Positions 23,720 through 33,377 of a DNA stretch of 41,701 nucleotides are shown piece after piece; position 1 is the stretch's first letter, and each line of letters opens with the position of its first letter. A model generated the notes under the pieces. It was not told where the DNA came from. It saw only the letters and a program-made list of their open reading frames with translations, and made no database searches. The DNA is taken from positions 1 through 41,701 of IMG/VR virus record IMGVR_UViG_3300023283_000070; one strand, 5' to 3'. The position numbers were made by a program, and so were the translations under genes. Source of the stretch: a virus. Lineage: Duplodnaviria > Caudoviricetes.

Positions 23720-23821
23720 GACGGCTCCGGCGGTGAGGGCTCGGCGCCGAATCCTAGCACGGTAGTCGCAAGTGGGCCATTATCCTATACTGAGCGCGAA
23801 GGCGTAACGCGGAGACACGCG

Positions 23822-23870
23822 GAAAGCCGGCCGCCCGGGAGGGCGCGCCGGCTTTCGTCGTTTCGGGACC
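23822..23870 (+). promoter_or_regulatory. Hairpin leader of the neck/tail operon, homologous to the capsid leader
   Basis: GAAAGCCGGC/GCCGGCTTTC stem then TCGTTTCGGGACC-TTG; TATACT -10-like box at 23786-23791. Confidence 0.6.
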
Positions 23871-24365
23871 TTGAAACTCGTCATCGAGCACAACGCCGCG
23901 CAGGTCCAGCACGCCTTCGAGCAGGCTCCGAAGCTGATCACCGCGGCGCTCGACCGCGCGCTCTCGCGCGGCGTCATCGAGCTCGCCCGCGCCGCCCGCA
24001 GGAAGGCGCCGGAAGGCTTCGGGCAGCTCCGGCAGTCGATCCTGCATCGCCGTGTCGGCGAGGCGACCTACGAGGTCGTCGCCGGCACGGAGTACGCGCG
24101 CCATGTCGAGGAGGGGGCCGGGCGCGGCGGCTGGCCGACGCAACAGCGGATGATCGACTGGATCCGGCGCAAGGGGATCCAGCCCCGGGACCCGGACATG
24201 ACGCTCGAGGATCTCGCCTTGGTCATGCGCCGCAGCATCGCCCGCAGGGGCACTCCGGCACAGCCGTTCATGGCGCCCGCCCTCGAGGAGAGCCGGGACC
24301 GACTTACGGCGCTGCTCAACCAGGAGATCGGTGACGCGCTCGAGCGTATCGGGAGCGCCGCGTGA
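23871..24365 (+). CDS. HK97 gp10-like neck/tail completion protein
   Basis: KAP..FGQLRQSI, EYARHVEEG, GTPAQPFMAPAL motifs. Confidence 0.85.
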   Translation: MKLVIEHNAAQVQHAFEQAPKLITAALDRALSRGVIELARAARRKAPEGFGQLRQSILHRRVGEATYEVVAGTEYARHVEEGAGRGGWPTQQRMIDWIRRKGIQPRDPDMTLEDLALVMRRSIARRGTPAQPFMAPALEESRDRLTALLNQEIGDALERIGSAA

Positions 24366-24778
24366 GCGAGCAGGGCGCGCGGCTCGATCTGCTGACAGCC
24401 GCGCTCCTGGCCGTGGCGCCGACTCGCCTGGTCACCCGAAGCCTGCGGGGCCTGAACGAGATCGAGGACCGAGAGCTCGATGCCGGCGTGTTCACCATTG
24501 TGAGCAAGGGCGAGTCCGACTACGCGAACACGCCCGGACGCGAGGCGCAGCTCGGTACCGGCAGTCTGATCATCATCGGTCAGCTCAAGGTCGCCGAGAA
24601 CGCCGACGGCGCGGAGCTCGAGGAGGCGGAGTTCCTCATGGTGGAGGAGCTCAAGGCGCTCGCGCAGAGCAACCTGGCGGAGTCGATCGGCGGGCTGACG
24701 ATGCTCGCGTACCGCCAGAGCGCGCAGCTCGAGCGGCCGTACGGATGGCTCGCGGCGGATTTCGAGCTACGGCGCTGA
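24362..24778 (+). CDS. Putative tail terminator
   Basis: Position and size (138 aa) between the gp10-like and tail tube genes. Confidence 0.55.
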   Translation: MSEQGARLDLLTAALLAVAPTRLVTRSLRGLNEIEDRELDAGVFTIVSKGESDYANTPGREAQLGTGSLIIIGQLKVAENADGAELEEAEFLMVEELKALAQSNLAESIGGLTMLAYRQSAQLERPYGWLAADFELRR

Positions 24779-24795
24779 CCGGACAGGAGGGCAGC

Positions 24796-24990
24796 ATGAG
24801 AGAGGGAGGCAGGTACAAGCGGGACACGAAGGGCGGGGTCACGAAGGTCGACGGCACCCAGCCGCACCCCGACGGCAACCGGCCGAGAGGCGCCGACGGC
24901 ACGCCGCTGGACGTGCCGGCGCCGGCGCCGGCCACCAAGGCGCCGGCGCCGAAGGGCGACGCCGAGGCCGAGAGGAGTGATCGCGGATGA
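24796..24990 (+). CDS. Small hypothetical protein (64 aa)
   Basis: AGGAGG RBS, ATG 24796; stop overlaps the tube start. Confidence 0.65.
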   Translation: MREGGRYKRDTKGGVTKVDGTQPHPDGNRPRGADGTPLDVPAPAPATKAPAPKGDAEAERSDRG

Positions 24991-25910
24991 AATTCCGGAA
25001 GCGCACCCTGCTGAGCAAGATCGAGGGCACCTACGGGACGGACGCATCGCCGGCCGACGCCGACGCCATCCTCACGAGCGGACTCGCCATCCGCCCGCTC
25101 GAGGGCGGCGCCATCGGCCGTGAGCTCGACCGCCAGGTGCTGGGAGGAGACCAGGCGATCCACGTCGGCAGCCACGTGGGCGTGAGCTTTGGCGTGGAGC
25201 TCGCTGGCGCCGGCGCCGCCGGCGACGTGCCGGCCTACGGGAACCTCCTGCGCGCCTGTGGCTTCGCCGAGACCGTCAACGCGGGCACCGATGTGCAGTA
25301 CGACCCCGTCTCGGCGTCGTTCGAATCGGTCTCGCAGCACTTCGCCCTGGACGGTCAGCGCCACAAGGTGTTAGGCGCGCGAGGGACTTTCGAGCTCGCG
25401 TTCGAGCCGCGGGCGTTTCCTCGCTTCACGTTCGACTTCGAGGGTCTGTGGGACGACCCGGCGAGCGCGGCCGACCCGAGCCCGGACTGGAGCGGATTCA
25501 GCGCGCCGCTCGCGATCAGCAACGCGAACACCCCGACGTTCGCGCTCCACGGCACGACGCCGGGCCTGGTGAGCCTGCGGCTCACGCTGAACAACGAGGT
25601 GACGCACCGAGACCTGCCCGGCGACGAGTCGGTCGTCATCGGCGATCGGTCGATCACCGGCCGCGTCGTGTTCTTCGCGCCGCCGCTCGCGACGAAGAAC
25701 TGGTTCACCACCGCGCGGGCGAACACGCTCGGCGCGCTGCAGCTCGTGCACGGCACGGTCGCGGGCGCCATCGTCCAGATCGATGCGCCGAACGTCCAGC
25801 TTCTGAACCCGCGCTATGACAACTTCAACGGCGACGTCGTGATCCAGGCGGATCTGTCTCTGGTGCCGAGCGACGCCGGAGACGACGAGCTCCAGATCAC
25901 AGTGAAGTAA
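24987..25910 (+). CDS. Tail tube (major tail) protein
   Basis: LLSKIEGTYGTD N-terminus, LLRACGFAET, GDDELQI C-terminus; position before the chaperones and tape measure. Confidence 0.85.
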   Translation: MKFRKRTLLSKIEGTYGTDASPADADAILTSGLAIRPLEGGAIGRELDRQVLGGDQAIHVGSHVGVSFGVELAGAGAAGDVPAYGNLLRACGFAETVNAGTDVQYDPVSASFESVSQHFALDGQRHKVLGARGTFELAFEPRAFPRFTFDFEGLWDDPASAADPSPDWSGFSAPLAISNANTPTFALHGTTPGLVSLRLTLNNEVTHRDLPGDESVVIGDRSITGRVVFFAPPLATKNWFTTARANTLGALQLVHGTVAGAIVQIDAPNVQLLNPRYDNFNGDVVIQADLSLVPSDAGDDELQITVK

Positions 25911-25923
25911 TACGGAGAGCCCC

Positions 25924-26259
25924 ATGTATCGAATCAACACGAAACGCACCTTCAAGCGAGAAGTGGAAGTCGTTTTCCCGGCGGAGAGCGGCGCCGGCAC
26001 CACCAAGGGCACGCTGCAAGCAGAGTTTCGGATGCTGTCGCAGTCGGACATCGACGATCGCATGGACCAGGGCGACGCGGCGTTCCTGCGGGAGGTCCTG
26101 GTCGGTGTCGCCGGGGTCGGTGACGAACACGGCGCAGAGCTGTCGGCCGACGAGGCACGGGCGGCCGTGCTGGAGGACCCGCTGGCCGTGTCGGCGCTCG
26201 TCGGCGACTACTTCGAGGTCACCAAGGGGCGCAACTTTCGCCGACGTCGAGCTCGCTGA
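25924..26259 (+). CDS. Tail assembly chaperone (gpG-like)
   Basis: Position after the tube gene; FLREVLVGV.GV.DE.G pattern. Confidence 0.75.
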   Translation: MYRINTKRTFKREVEVVFPAESGAGTTKGTLQAEFRMLSQSDIDDRMDQGDAAFLREVLVGVAGVGDEHGAELSADEARAAVLEDPLAVSALVGDYFEVTKGRNFRRRRAR

Positions 26260-26611
26260 GGCTGCGCGCCACTGGGCGCGCTGCATGCAGGGGCACGGCC
26301 GCGCGGACGAGGCGATCGATGAGCTCGAATCCCAGGGAGCTCCTCCCGAGGTGCTCGAACAGTTCGAGGCGCAGCGCGACTCGGAGGAGTTCGAGGTCCT
26401 CGAGGAGAACATGCCGACGGTGGACCTGTTCGTCGCCGTCTGCACGCAGTGGCGCGCCGCACCGTTCGGAGGCTGGCTCGGGCTCGACTACCCGGCCGTC
26501 GACGTCGTGCTACGGCGACGTGCCCTCCACGTCACGCCGGAGCAGTTTTCGGGGCTGCAAGTCATGGAACACGCCGCGCTCGACGTGCTGAACGACCGGG
26601 GCGATGGCTGA
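26237..26611 (+). CDS. DUF1799-like tail assembly chaperone C-terminal part (gpT-like), probably reached by frameshift
   Basis: AARHWA..EVLEEN..TVDLF..TQWR..GLDYPAV..LQVME.AAL signature; overlaps gpG in the +1 frame. Confidence 0.75.
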   Translation, partial: FADVELAEAARHWARCMQGHGRADEAIDELESQGAPPEVLEQFEAQRDSEEFEVLEENMPTVDLFVAVCTQWRAAPFGGWLGLDYPAVDVVLRRRALHVTPEQFSGLQVMEHAALDVLNDRGDG

Positions 26612-29600
26612 TCAGTTCCTCACCGTCCGGCTCCGCGGCGATGGGTCCGGCCTGGTCGGTGAGCTGCGCATCTCCGAGCAGCAAATTGGTGAGCTCAAGG
26701 ACTCTCTCGACGGCGCCGGGCGTTCTGCCGACGGCGCTTCCCGGGAGGTCGACGGCTTCGGCCGGCACTCGCGCCGCGCCGGCGAGGACGCGAACCGCCT
26801 CGGTCGCGAGGGCGAGGGCGTCACCCGCATGTTCCGTACGCTCAAGGGCGTGCTCGCCACGCTCGGCGTCGGCCTGGTGGTGCGCGACATCGTTCGGGCC
26901 GGGACCGAGATGCAGGGGCTGCGAGCCGCGATGACCGCGGCGACCGGGGACTCTCAGCGGGCCGGCGCCGAGTTCGCCTTCGTGCGCGAGGAGGCCGAGC
27001 GGCTCGGCCTGCAGGTGCAGTCGACGGCGCGGGAGTACACGCGACTCGTGGCGGCGTCGAAGGGGACGCGCCTCGAGGGGCAGGCGACCCGCGACATCTT
27101 CGTCGCCATCTCCGAGGCCGGGCGGGTGATGAACCTGACCGCCGAGCAGCAGGCCGGAGCCCTGAACGCCGTCCAGCAGATGATGAGCAAGGGGTCGGTG
27201 CAGGCCGAGGAGCTCCGCGGCCAGCTCGGCGAGCGCATCCCCGGCGCCTTCGGGCTCGCGGCGCGCGCGATGGGCAAGACGACCGAGGAGCTCAACGACT
27301 TGCTCGACCGCGGAGAGGTCCTCGCCGAGGACCTGCTCCCGGCCCTCGCGCGCGAGCTCCGGTCGTTTGTCGCCGAGGGGGTCGACGAGGCGGCGGGCAG
27401 CGCCGCGGCCGAGTTCGCTCGCCTCGACAACGCGCTGCTCGAGCTGCAAATCACCCTGGCGGAGTCGGGATTCCTCGGCCTGTTCGCCGAACTCGCCAAC
27501 GTCCTCTCCGAGACGGTGATCCCCGCCGTCGGACGGGCGCTCGAGCAGATCGGCGTCGTCACCCGGCGCGTCGAGCGGCTCACGCTCGGCGAGATCATGC
27601 TCGAGATCGAGGCCAACGCGGAGCGCCTGCTCGAGGTCGACCGCGCGCTGATGAACGCGAACGAGCGTGAGACGGTGCTGGTGCAGTCGCTCGAGCAGGA
27701 GTACACGAAGCTGATCCGGCGCCAGGTGTCTCTCAAGGAGCGGCGCGACGATCTCCTCGCGCAGCTCCGCGAGGTCGTCACCGGGACGAAGGCCGAGGCG
27801 AACGCCACGGAGGGCAGCGCCGGCGCCACCGGCAAGGCCGACCAGGCGGCCACGAAGTACCTGGCGACGCTGAAGGAGCAGCTCGCGACCATCGGGCTCA
27901 CCAAGGACCAAGTCATCGTGTGGAAGGCGGAGCAGGCCGCGGCCGCGGCCGAGAGCGAGGAGGTCGCCGCGCAGATCCGGGGGACCGCGGCGGCGCTCGC
28001 CGCGGAGGTCCGGGCTCGGGAGGAGGCGACGGAGCTCGCGCGGGAGCACGCCGCGGCGCTGCGCGCCGAGCAGCGCGAGCGCGAGCGCGTGACCCGAGAG
28101 CTCGAGCGCCAGCGCCAGCGCGACGCCGACCTGGTCGACCAGCTTCGGGAGGAGCTCCGGCTGATGGGACTCACCGACCGCGAGCGCGAGATCGAGATCG
28201 AGCTCCGCAAGCTGAGCGCCAAGGCTACCGACGAGCAACGCCAGGAAGTGCGGGAGCTGGTCGATGCGCTGCACGACGCGCGCGTGGCCCAGCAGGAGCA
28301 CGTGGAGGCGGTGGAGCGGGCGCAGGGCCCGATGGTCGCCGTCTACGAGGACACGGCCAACAGCATCCGCCAGAGCTTCCGGGACACGTTCCGCGACATC
28401 TTCGACACCGGCGTGCGGGGGTTCGAGGGTATGGCGGAGCGCATCAAAAACGTGTTCAAGGACCTGCTGGCGGATCTGCTCACGCTCGCCATCGCGCGGC
28501 CAGTGATCGTGCCGATTGTCGGCGCCGTGGGTTCAGCGCTAGGCGTCCCGGACGCGGCCCAGGCCGGCGTGCTGGATCAGTTCGGCGTCGGCGACTTGGC
28601 GAGCGGCGCCGGGCGCCTGTTCGGCGTCGATGGCGTCACGAGCGCCATCGACAAGATCGGCGCCGGCCTCGGGTTCGCCACGCCGGGCGGTGCCATCACC
28701 GGCGCGGAGGCCGCGGCCGCCGGCGGCGCGCTCTCGAACACGGCGCTCTCGAGCAGCAGCGGGTTCTTCGGGAGCTCCGCTACGCTGAGCGGCACGCTTG
28801 GCGCCGCCGGCCTCGGTGCGCTCGGAGGCGGCCTGGTCGCACGGCTTTTCGGGGGGAACCAGACCACCGGGTCCATCGGCGGAGGCCTCGGCGCCGGCAT
28901 CGGATTCGCCGTGGGGGGGCCGATAGGCGGGATCATCGGAGGGCTCGGCGGCGGCGCGCTCGGCGGCCTGCTGGGCGGAGGGCAGTCGCCACCCGACCGC
29001 ACGCAGCACGGCTCCCTGAACCTGCATCGGGCGCAGATCACCGGCGCGGGCGGCTTCAGCGGGGACAAGTTCAGCGCCGAGAACGCGCAGCTCCGCGATC
29101 TCGCGCTCGGCCAGGCGCAGCAGCTCACGGCGCTGCTCTCCGACATCACGGGGCGGCGGATCCGGGGCAGCCTAGGCGTGAGCTTCGGCGACAAGTCGGG
29201 CTTCCAGTTCGGGTTCGAGGGCGCCCGCACCAACGTGGGGCAGGACGTTGGGGCGCTGATGCGCGGGATCACGCGAGAGATCGTCGACCGTTTCGGTGAG
29301 CTGCCGCAGCACATCACAGAGCTGCTCGACCAGGTGGACTTCTCGAACGTGGAGCAAGCCATCCAGCAGCTAGCGGCGCTGCGCGCACAGATCCAGGCGA
29401 CGGCACTGCGCTTTACCGCGATCGCGGACTCCCTCGCCGCGGCGAGCACGGCGCTGCAGCTCAACCCGGCGCTCTCGGCGCTGTCTCCGCTCGACCAGCT
29501 CAAGGTCGCCCGGCGCGAGTTCCGGTCCACCCGCGAGGCGGCGTTCGGCGGCGAGGAGGACGCGCTCTCGGCGCTGCCCGGCGTCGTGAACCAGTTCCTC

Positions 29601-29894
29601 ACCGCGAGCCGCGCCGTCCACGCCTCGAGCCCGGCGTTCGCGCAGGACTTCAACCGCGCGATCCGCGCCCTCGACAAGAGCGAGGACGTCGCCCGCAACC
29701 AGGCGAAGCTGCTCACGAGCTCGGAGCGGGTGGCGGCCGCGGTGAATCGGAACACGGCCGCCACCACCGCGGGAACGACGGAGGTCGTCGAGCGCCTCGC
29801 CAAGCTTCAGGGAAGCTTCGATCGCTTTGCCGGAGCGGCGGCGCGCTTCGAGTCGCTCGACGGCGGGCGCGCGGTGGGCGTGGGTGGCCGATGA
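26604..29894 (+). CDS. Tape measure protein (1096 aa)
   Basis: QMMSKGSVQAEELRGQLGERIPGA tape-measure motif; long helical and Gly-rich regions. Confidence 0.95.
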   Translation: MADQFLTVRLRGDGSGLVGELRISEQQIGELKDSLDGAGRSADGASREVDGFGRHSRRAGEDANRLGREGEGVTRMFRTLKGVLATLGVGLVVRDIVRAGTEMQGLRAAMTAATGDSQRAGAEFAFVREEAERLGLQVQSTAREYTRLVAASKGTRLEGQATRDIFVAISEAGRVMNLTAEQQAGALNAVQQMMSKGSVQAEELRGQLGERIPGAFGLAARAMGKTTEELNDLLDRGEVLAEDLLPALARELRSFVAEGVDEAAGSAAAEFARLDNALLELQITLAESGFLGLFAELANVLSETVIPAVGRALEQIGVVTRRVERLTLGEIMLEIEANAERLLEVDRALMNANERETVLVQSLEQEYTKLIRRQVSLKERRDDLLAQLREVVTGTKAEANATEGSAGATGKADQAATKYLATLKEQLATIGLTKDQVIVWKAEQAAAAAESEEVAAQIRGTAAALAAEVRAREEATELAREHAAALRAEQRERERVTRELERQRQRDADLVDQLREELRLMGLTDREREIEIELRKLSAKATDEQRQEVRELVDALHDARVAQQEHVEAVERAQGPMVAVYEDTANSIRQSFRDTFRDIFDTGVRGFEGMAERIKNVFKDLLADLLTLAIARPVIVPIVGAVGSALGVPDAAQAGVLDQFGVGDLASGAGRLFGVDGVTSAIDKIGAGLGFATPGGAITGAEAAAAGGALSNTALSSSSGFFGSSATLSGTLGAAGLGALGGGLVARLFGGNQTTGSIGGGLGAGIGFAVGGPIGGIIGGLGGGALGGLLGGGQSPPDRTQHGSLNLHRAQITGAGGFSGDKFSAENAQLRDLALGQAQQLTALLSDITGRRIRGSLGVSFGDKSGFQFGFEGARTNVGQDVGALMRGITREIVDRFGELPQHITELLDQVDFSNVEQAIQQLAALRAQIQATALRFTAIADSLAAASTALQLNPALSALSPLDQLKVARREFRSTREAAFGGEEDALSALPGVVNQFLTASRAVHASSPAFAQDFNRAIRALDKSEDVARNQAKLLTSSERVAAAVNRNTAATTAGTTEVVERLAKLQGSFDRFAGAAARFESLDGGRAVGVGGR

Positions 29895-31423
29895 AGGTGT
29901 TCCTCGCCGAGCTTGAGGGCTACGACCCGGTCGCCGCCGGCGTCGCCACGCTCTACTTCTCCTCTGACGGCATGGCGCCGTTCCCACCGACCGATCCGGA
30001 CCGTCCAAACCAGGCCTACGACGCACGTCTGCAGGCGCCGGCGAACCTGCAGCGCACGGTGTTCTCGGACGGGCGCACGGCTGGCCGCAGCCAGATAAAC
30101 GGCGGCGAGATCGTCATCGCGAATCCGGACGGTGTGCTCGACCACCTGTTGGACTGGGGGCTGGATGGACGCGCGTTGCGCATCCTGTGGGGCGACCAGG
30201 GCGCCGCGTGGGCGGAATTCAAGGCGATCTTGGTCGGCACGATGGAGCAGCCGCTGTTCGACTATGTGAAGGCCCGCGCCTCCACCGTCCGGATCCGGGT
30301 GCGCGACCGCCAGGACGAGCTCGACGTGCCGCTGCAGACCTCGAAGTACGCGGGCACCAACTCGGGCAGCACGGGCGACGAGGGGACGCCGGACGACGTC
30401 CAGGGGCGCCCTAAGCCCACGGTGTGGGGCGAGGTGCTGAACATCACCCCGGTCCCCAGCAACTCGCCGGGGCTCCGCTGGCAGGTCCACGACGGCCCCA
30501 TCGAGGACGTGCCGAAGTGCTACGACCAGGGGGTCGAACTCTTGAAGGCTTCGGCGCCGCCCTCGGGCGGGGAGTACTCGGTGGACACCGCAACCGGGAT
30601 CATCACGTTGGGTGCCAGCCCGGCCGGCACCGTGACCTGCGACGTCAAGGGGGACCAGACGGGCGGCGCCTATGTCGACAACGTCCCGGACCTGATCGAG
30701 CGCATCGTCACAGAGCGCGGGGGATTCGGGGCCGGGGATCTCGACACGTCCTCCTTCGCCGCGCTCGAGGCCGCGAACAGCGCCAAGGTGGGGCTATACG
30801 TACCCGACGAGCTCCACATCGCCGAGGCGCTCGATCTGCTGTGCGCAAGCATCGGTGCCTACTGGACGTTCGGCCAGGCGGGCCAGCTGACGGTCGGGCT
30901 GCTCGAGGCGCCGGCGGCGCCGGCGGCGCTGACGCTGACCGAGCCGGACATCGTTGAGCTCCGACGCCAGGCGACGCGGGATCCCGACCGCGGCGTGCCC
31001 GTCTACCGCGTGATCCTGGCCTACCAGCGAAATTGGACGGTGCAGGACGGGGACGCGCTCGCCGCCGCGGTAGGTGACGATCGCCGCGCCTGGCTGGAGC
31101 AGGCCGCCCGCAAGATCACGGCCACGGACACGAGCGTGCAGACGAAGCACCTGCTCGCCCGCGAGCTCGAGCGCGAGACGCTGCTGCTCGAGGAGTCGGA
31201 CGCCGACGACGAGGCGGACCGATTGGAGACGCTATACGGCGTGCGCCGCGACTCGCTCGAGCTCGTGACGGAACTCACAGATCAGACCGCGGCGCTGGAT
31301 CTGATGAGCGTGGTTGCTCTCGACTTCCCCCGCTTCGGCCTCGGCGGCGGCAAGCTGCTGCGGGTGCTCTCGATCGAAAAAGACCATCGCACGGAGCTGA
31401 TCACGCTGGGGCTCTGGGGCTGA
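29891..31423 (+). CDS. Tail tip/hub protein (510 aa)
   Basis: Follows the tape measure; GRPKPTVWGEVLNITPV motif. Confidence 0.7.
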   Translation: MKVFLAELEGYDPVAAGVATLYFSSDGMAPFPPTDPDRPNQAYDARLQAPANLQRTVFSDGRTAGRSQINGGEIVIANPDGVLDHLLDWGLDGRALRILWGDQGAAWAEFKAILVGTMEQPLFDYVKARASTVRIRVRDRQDELDVPLQTSKYAGTNSGSTGDEGTPDDVQGRPKPTVWGEVLNITPVPSNSPGLRWQVHDGPIEDVPKCYDQGVELLKASAPPSGGEYSVDTATGIITLGASPAGTVTCDVKGDQTGGAYVDNVPDLIERIVTERGGFGAGDLDTSSFAALEAANSAKVGLYVPDELHIAEALDLLCASIGAYWTFGQAGQLTVGLLEAPAAPAALTLTEPDIVELRRQATRDPDRGVPVYRVILAYQRNWTVQDGDALAAAVGDDRRAWLEQAARKITATDTSVQTKHLLARELERETLLLEESDADDEADRLETLYGVRRDSLELVTELTDQTAALDLMSVVALDFPRFGLGGGKLLRVLSIEKDHRTELITLGLWG

Positions 31424-32283
31424 TGGCGAACCTGGCCATCTTCTGGAACGTCAAAAGCGACCTTGGGGTGCTGTCGGGCGGGTCTTGGGCGGCGGCGCTG
31501 CCGCTCAAGAATCTCCAGAACGTGCATCTCTCCCAGGTGGCGCGTTCGGCCGACGCGGAGCTCGCGAGCACCCAGTTCGACCTGGACTTCGGGCGGCTCG
31601 ACTACTTCCGCGGTGTCGTCCTGATCGCCCACAACCTGACCGCCGAGCTCGCACGGGTCCGCGTGCGGGCGGCGCAGGACGCCGGCTTCGCCCAGCTCAC
31701 CTACGACTCCGGCTGGCAGGACGCCTACGCCGCGATCTTCCCCCACGAGGAGCTCGAGTGGGAGGACGACAACTGGTGGAGCGGGAAGCTCTCTGAGGCG
31801 GACCTGGCCGGCTACACGCGTAATTTCGTCTGTGACGCCGGCGCCATCGTCACGGCGCGCCATGTGCGCGTGGAGATTGACGACACAGAGAACGCCTCCG
31901 GCTACGTGGACGTCGGGCGCCTGGTGGTGGCGCCGGCCTGGCAGACGAAAGTGAACTTCTCCTTTCCCCACTCGCTCGCGTTCGAGCCGCGGACGCTCGT
32001 GGAGGAGTCGATCGGTGGACAGGAGTTCTTCGATGTGAGGCGGGCGGCGCGCGTCATGCGGTTCAGCCTCGACTGGCTCTCCGACGCCGAGGGCTACGCC
32101 CAGGCCCTCGAGCTCACGCGGCGCAAGGGGGTGTCCGGCGACCTGTTCGTGGTGCCGGATCCAGCCGAGATCGTGAACCTGTTCCGGCGCTCGTTCTACG
32201 GGCGCCTCCGACGGCTCTCGCCCCTGGAGCACTACCAGTTCAACCTGAACAGCATGGGGTTCGAGATCAAGGAGCGGCTCTGA
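31423..32283 (+). CDS. Distal-tail-like protein (286 aa)
   Basis: Position; galactose-binding-like N-terminal part (LIAHNL, YDSGW, YVDVGRL) and Dit-like C-terminal part. Confidence 0.6.
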   Translation: MANLAIFWNVKSDLGVLSGGSWAAALPLKNLQNVHLSQVARSADAELASTQFDLDFGRLDYFRGVVLIAHNLTAELARVRVRAAQDAGFAQLTYDSGWQDAYAAIFPHEELEWEDDNWWSGKLSEADLAGYTRNFVCDAGAIVTARHVRVEIDDTENASGYVDVGRLVVAPAWQTKVNFSFPHSLAFEPRTLVEESIGGQEFFDVRRAARVMRFSLDWLSDAEGYAQALELTRRKGVSGDLFVVPDPAEIVNLFRRSFYGRLRRLSPLEHYQFNLNSMGFEIKERL

Positions 32284-33377
32284 TGGTCGAGAAGGTCACC
32301 CTCAACGGCAACGTGTACTCCGACGGCGTCGACGACGAGGGCACCGGCGTCCGGCATCTCGGTGCCGGAGGGCATCGGACGAATTTCCTGCTGATGCTCC
32401 AGGACTTCGTCGGCGACGCAGCGAAAAACCTGTCCACGTCAAGCGCGACGTCGGTGAACCTGTCGACGCTCGTCATCGACGGGAGCGTCGTGCTCACCGT
32501 CGACGAGGACGTGCCCTTCGCCGTCGGCGGCTTCGTGACGGTCGCCGACCAGGCCGCCCCCGGCGACAACTGGTTCTTCGGCCAGGTGACGGACTACGAC
32601 GCCGGCGCGCTGGCTTTGACGCTCACGCCGCTCGTGAAGAGCGGCACCGCGACGATCTCGGCCTGGGACGTCTCCGGATCCGGCGCCCGCGGCGCCCCGG
32701 GCGCGATGGCGTCGCTCCAGGCCGACGCGACGCCTCAACTCGGCGGAAACCTGGACGGCCAGGACTACGAGGCGCACTCGCTGGTCCTGCACGACGTCGT
32801 CGTGTACGACGCCCGCCTCCGGTTCCAGAACATCGGCTCCACGGGGGACGATCAGGACCTGGATCTCAGCGCCTACCAGTCCTTCCGCGTGAAGCCGAGT
32901 GCGGATCTCGCGCTCAACATCCTGAACGCGCCGGCGCACGACGAGGCGCAGGCCTGGCTCGTGTGGGTCGAGGACGGCGGCTCGCACGTCATCACCTGGG
33001 ACGCGAGCATCGTGTGGGACGAGGGCGTGGCCCCGCAGCTCGCGACGACGCACCTGACGGGCGTCGTGCTCTACACGCACGACGGCAGCGCGCAGGCCTT
33101 CACGGCTGACGCCGGGACCGACGTCATCACGGCCGCCGGGCACGGGCTCTCCGATGCGCAGATCGTGCGGCTGACGACCACCGACACGCTTCCCGCCGGC
33201 CTCTCCACGGGGACCGACTACTACGTCCGCGACGCGACGGCCGACACGCTCCAGCTCTCGGCGATCGCGGGTGGCGCCGCGATCGACATCACCGACGCCG
33301 GGACGGGTACGCACTTCATCGGCGAGGCGCGCATCTACGGGCACGTCGCCTTCCACGAGGCTGCGGTCACGTCGTGA
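32283..33377 (+). CDS. Tail fibre protein (364 aa)
   Basis: DATPQLGGNLD, GSHVITW..SIVW..G.AP and LPAGLSTGTDYYV fibre motifs. Confidence 0.75.
   Translation: MVEKVTLNGNVYSDGVDDEGTGVRHLGAGGHRTNFLLMLQDFVGDAAKNLSTSSATSVNLSTLVIDGSVVLTVDEDVPFAVGGFVTVADQAAPGDNWFFGQVTDYDAGALALTLTPLVKSGTATISAWDVSGSGARGAPGAMASLQADATPQLGGNLDGQDYEAHSLVLHDVVVYDARLRFQNIGSTGDDQDLDLSAYQSFRVKPSADLALNILNAPAHDEAQAWLVWVEDGGSHVITWDASIVWDEGVAPQLATTHLTGVVLYTHDGSAQAFTADAGTDVITAAGHGLSDAQIVRLTTTDTLPAGLSTGTDYYVRDATADTLQLSAIAGGAAIDITDAGTGTHFIGEARIYGHVAFHEAAVTS

Noticed and set aside
31301-31325. Hammerhead core CTGATGAG with a small stem
   Set aside because: No following GAAA; lies within tail gene coding sequence
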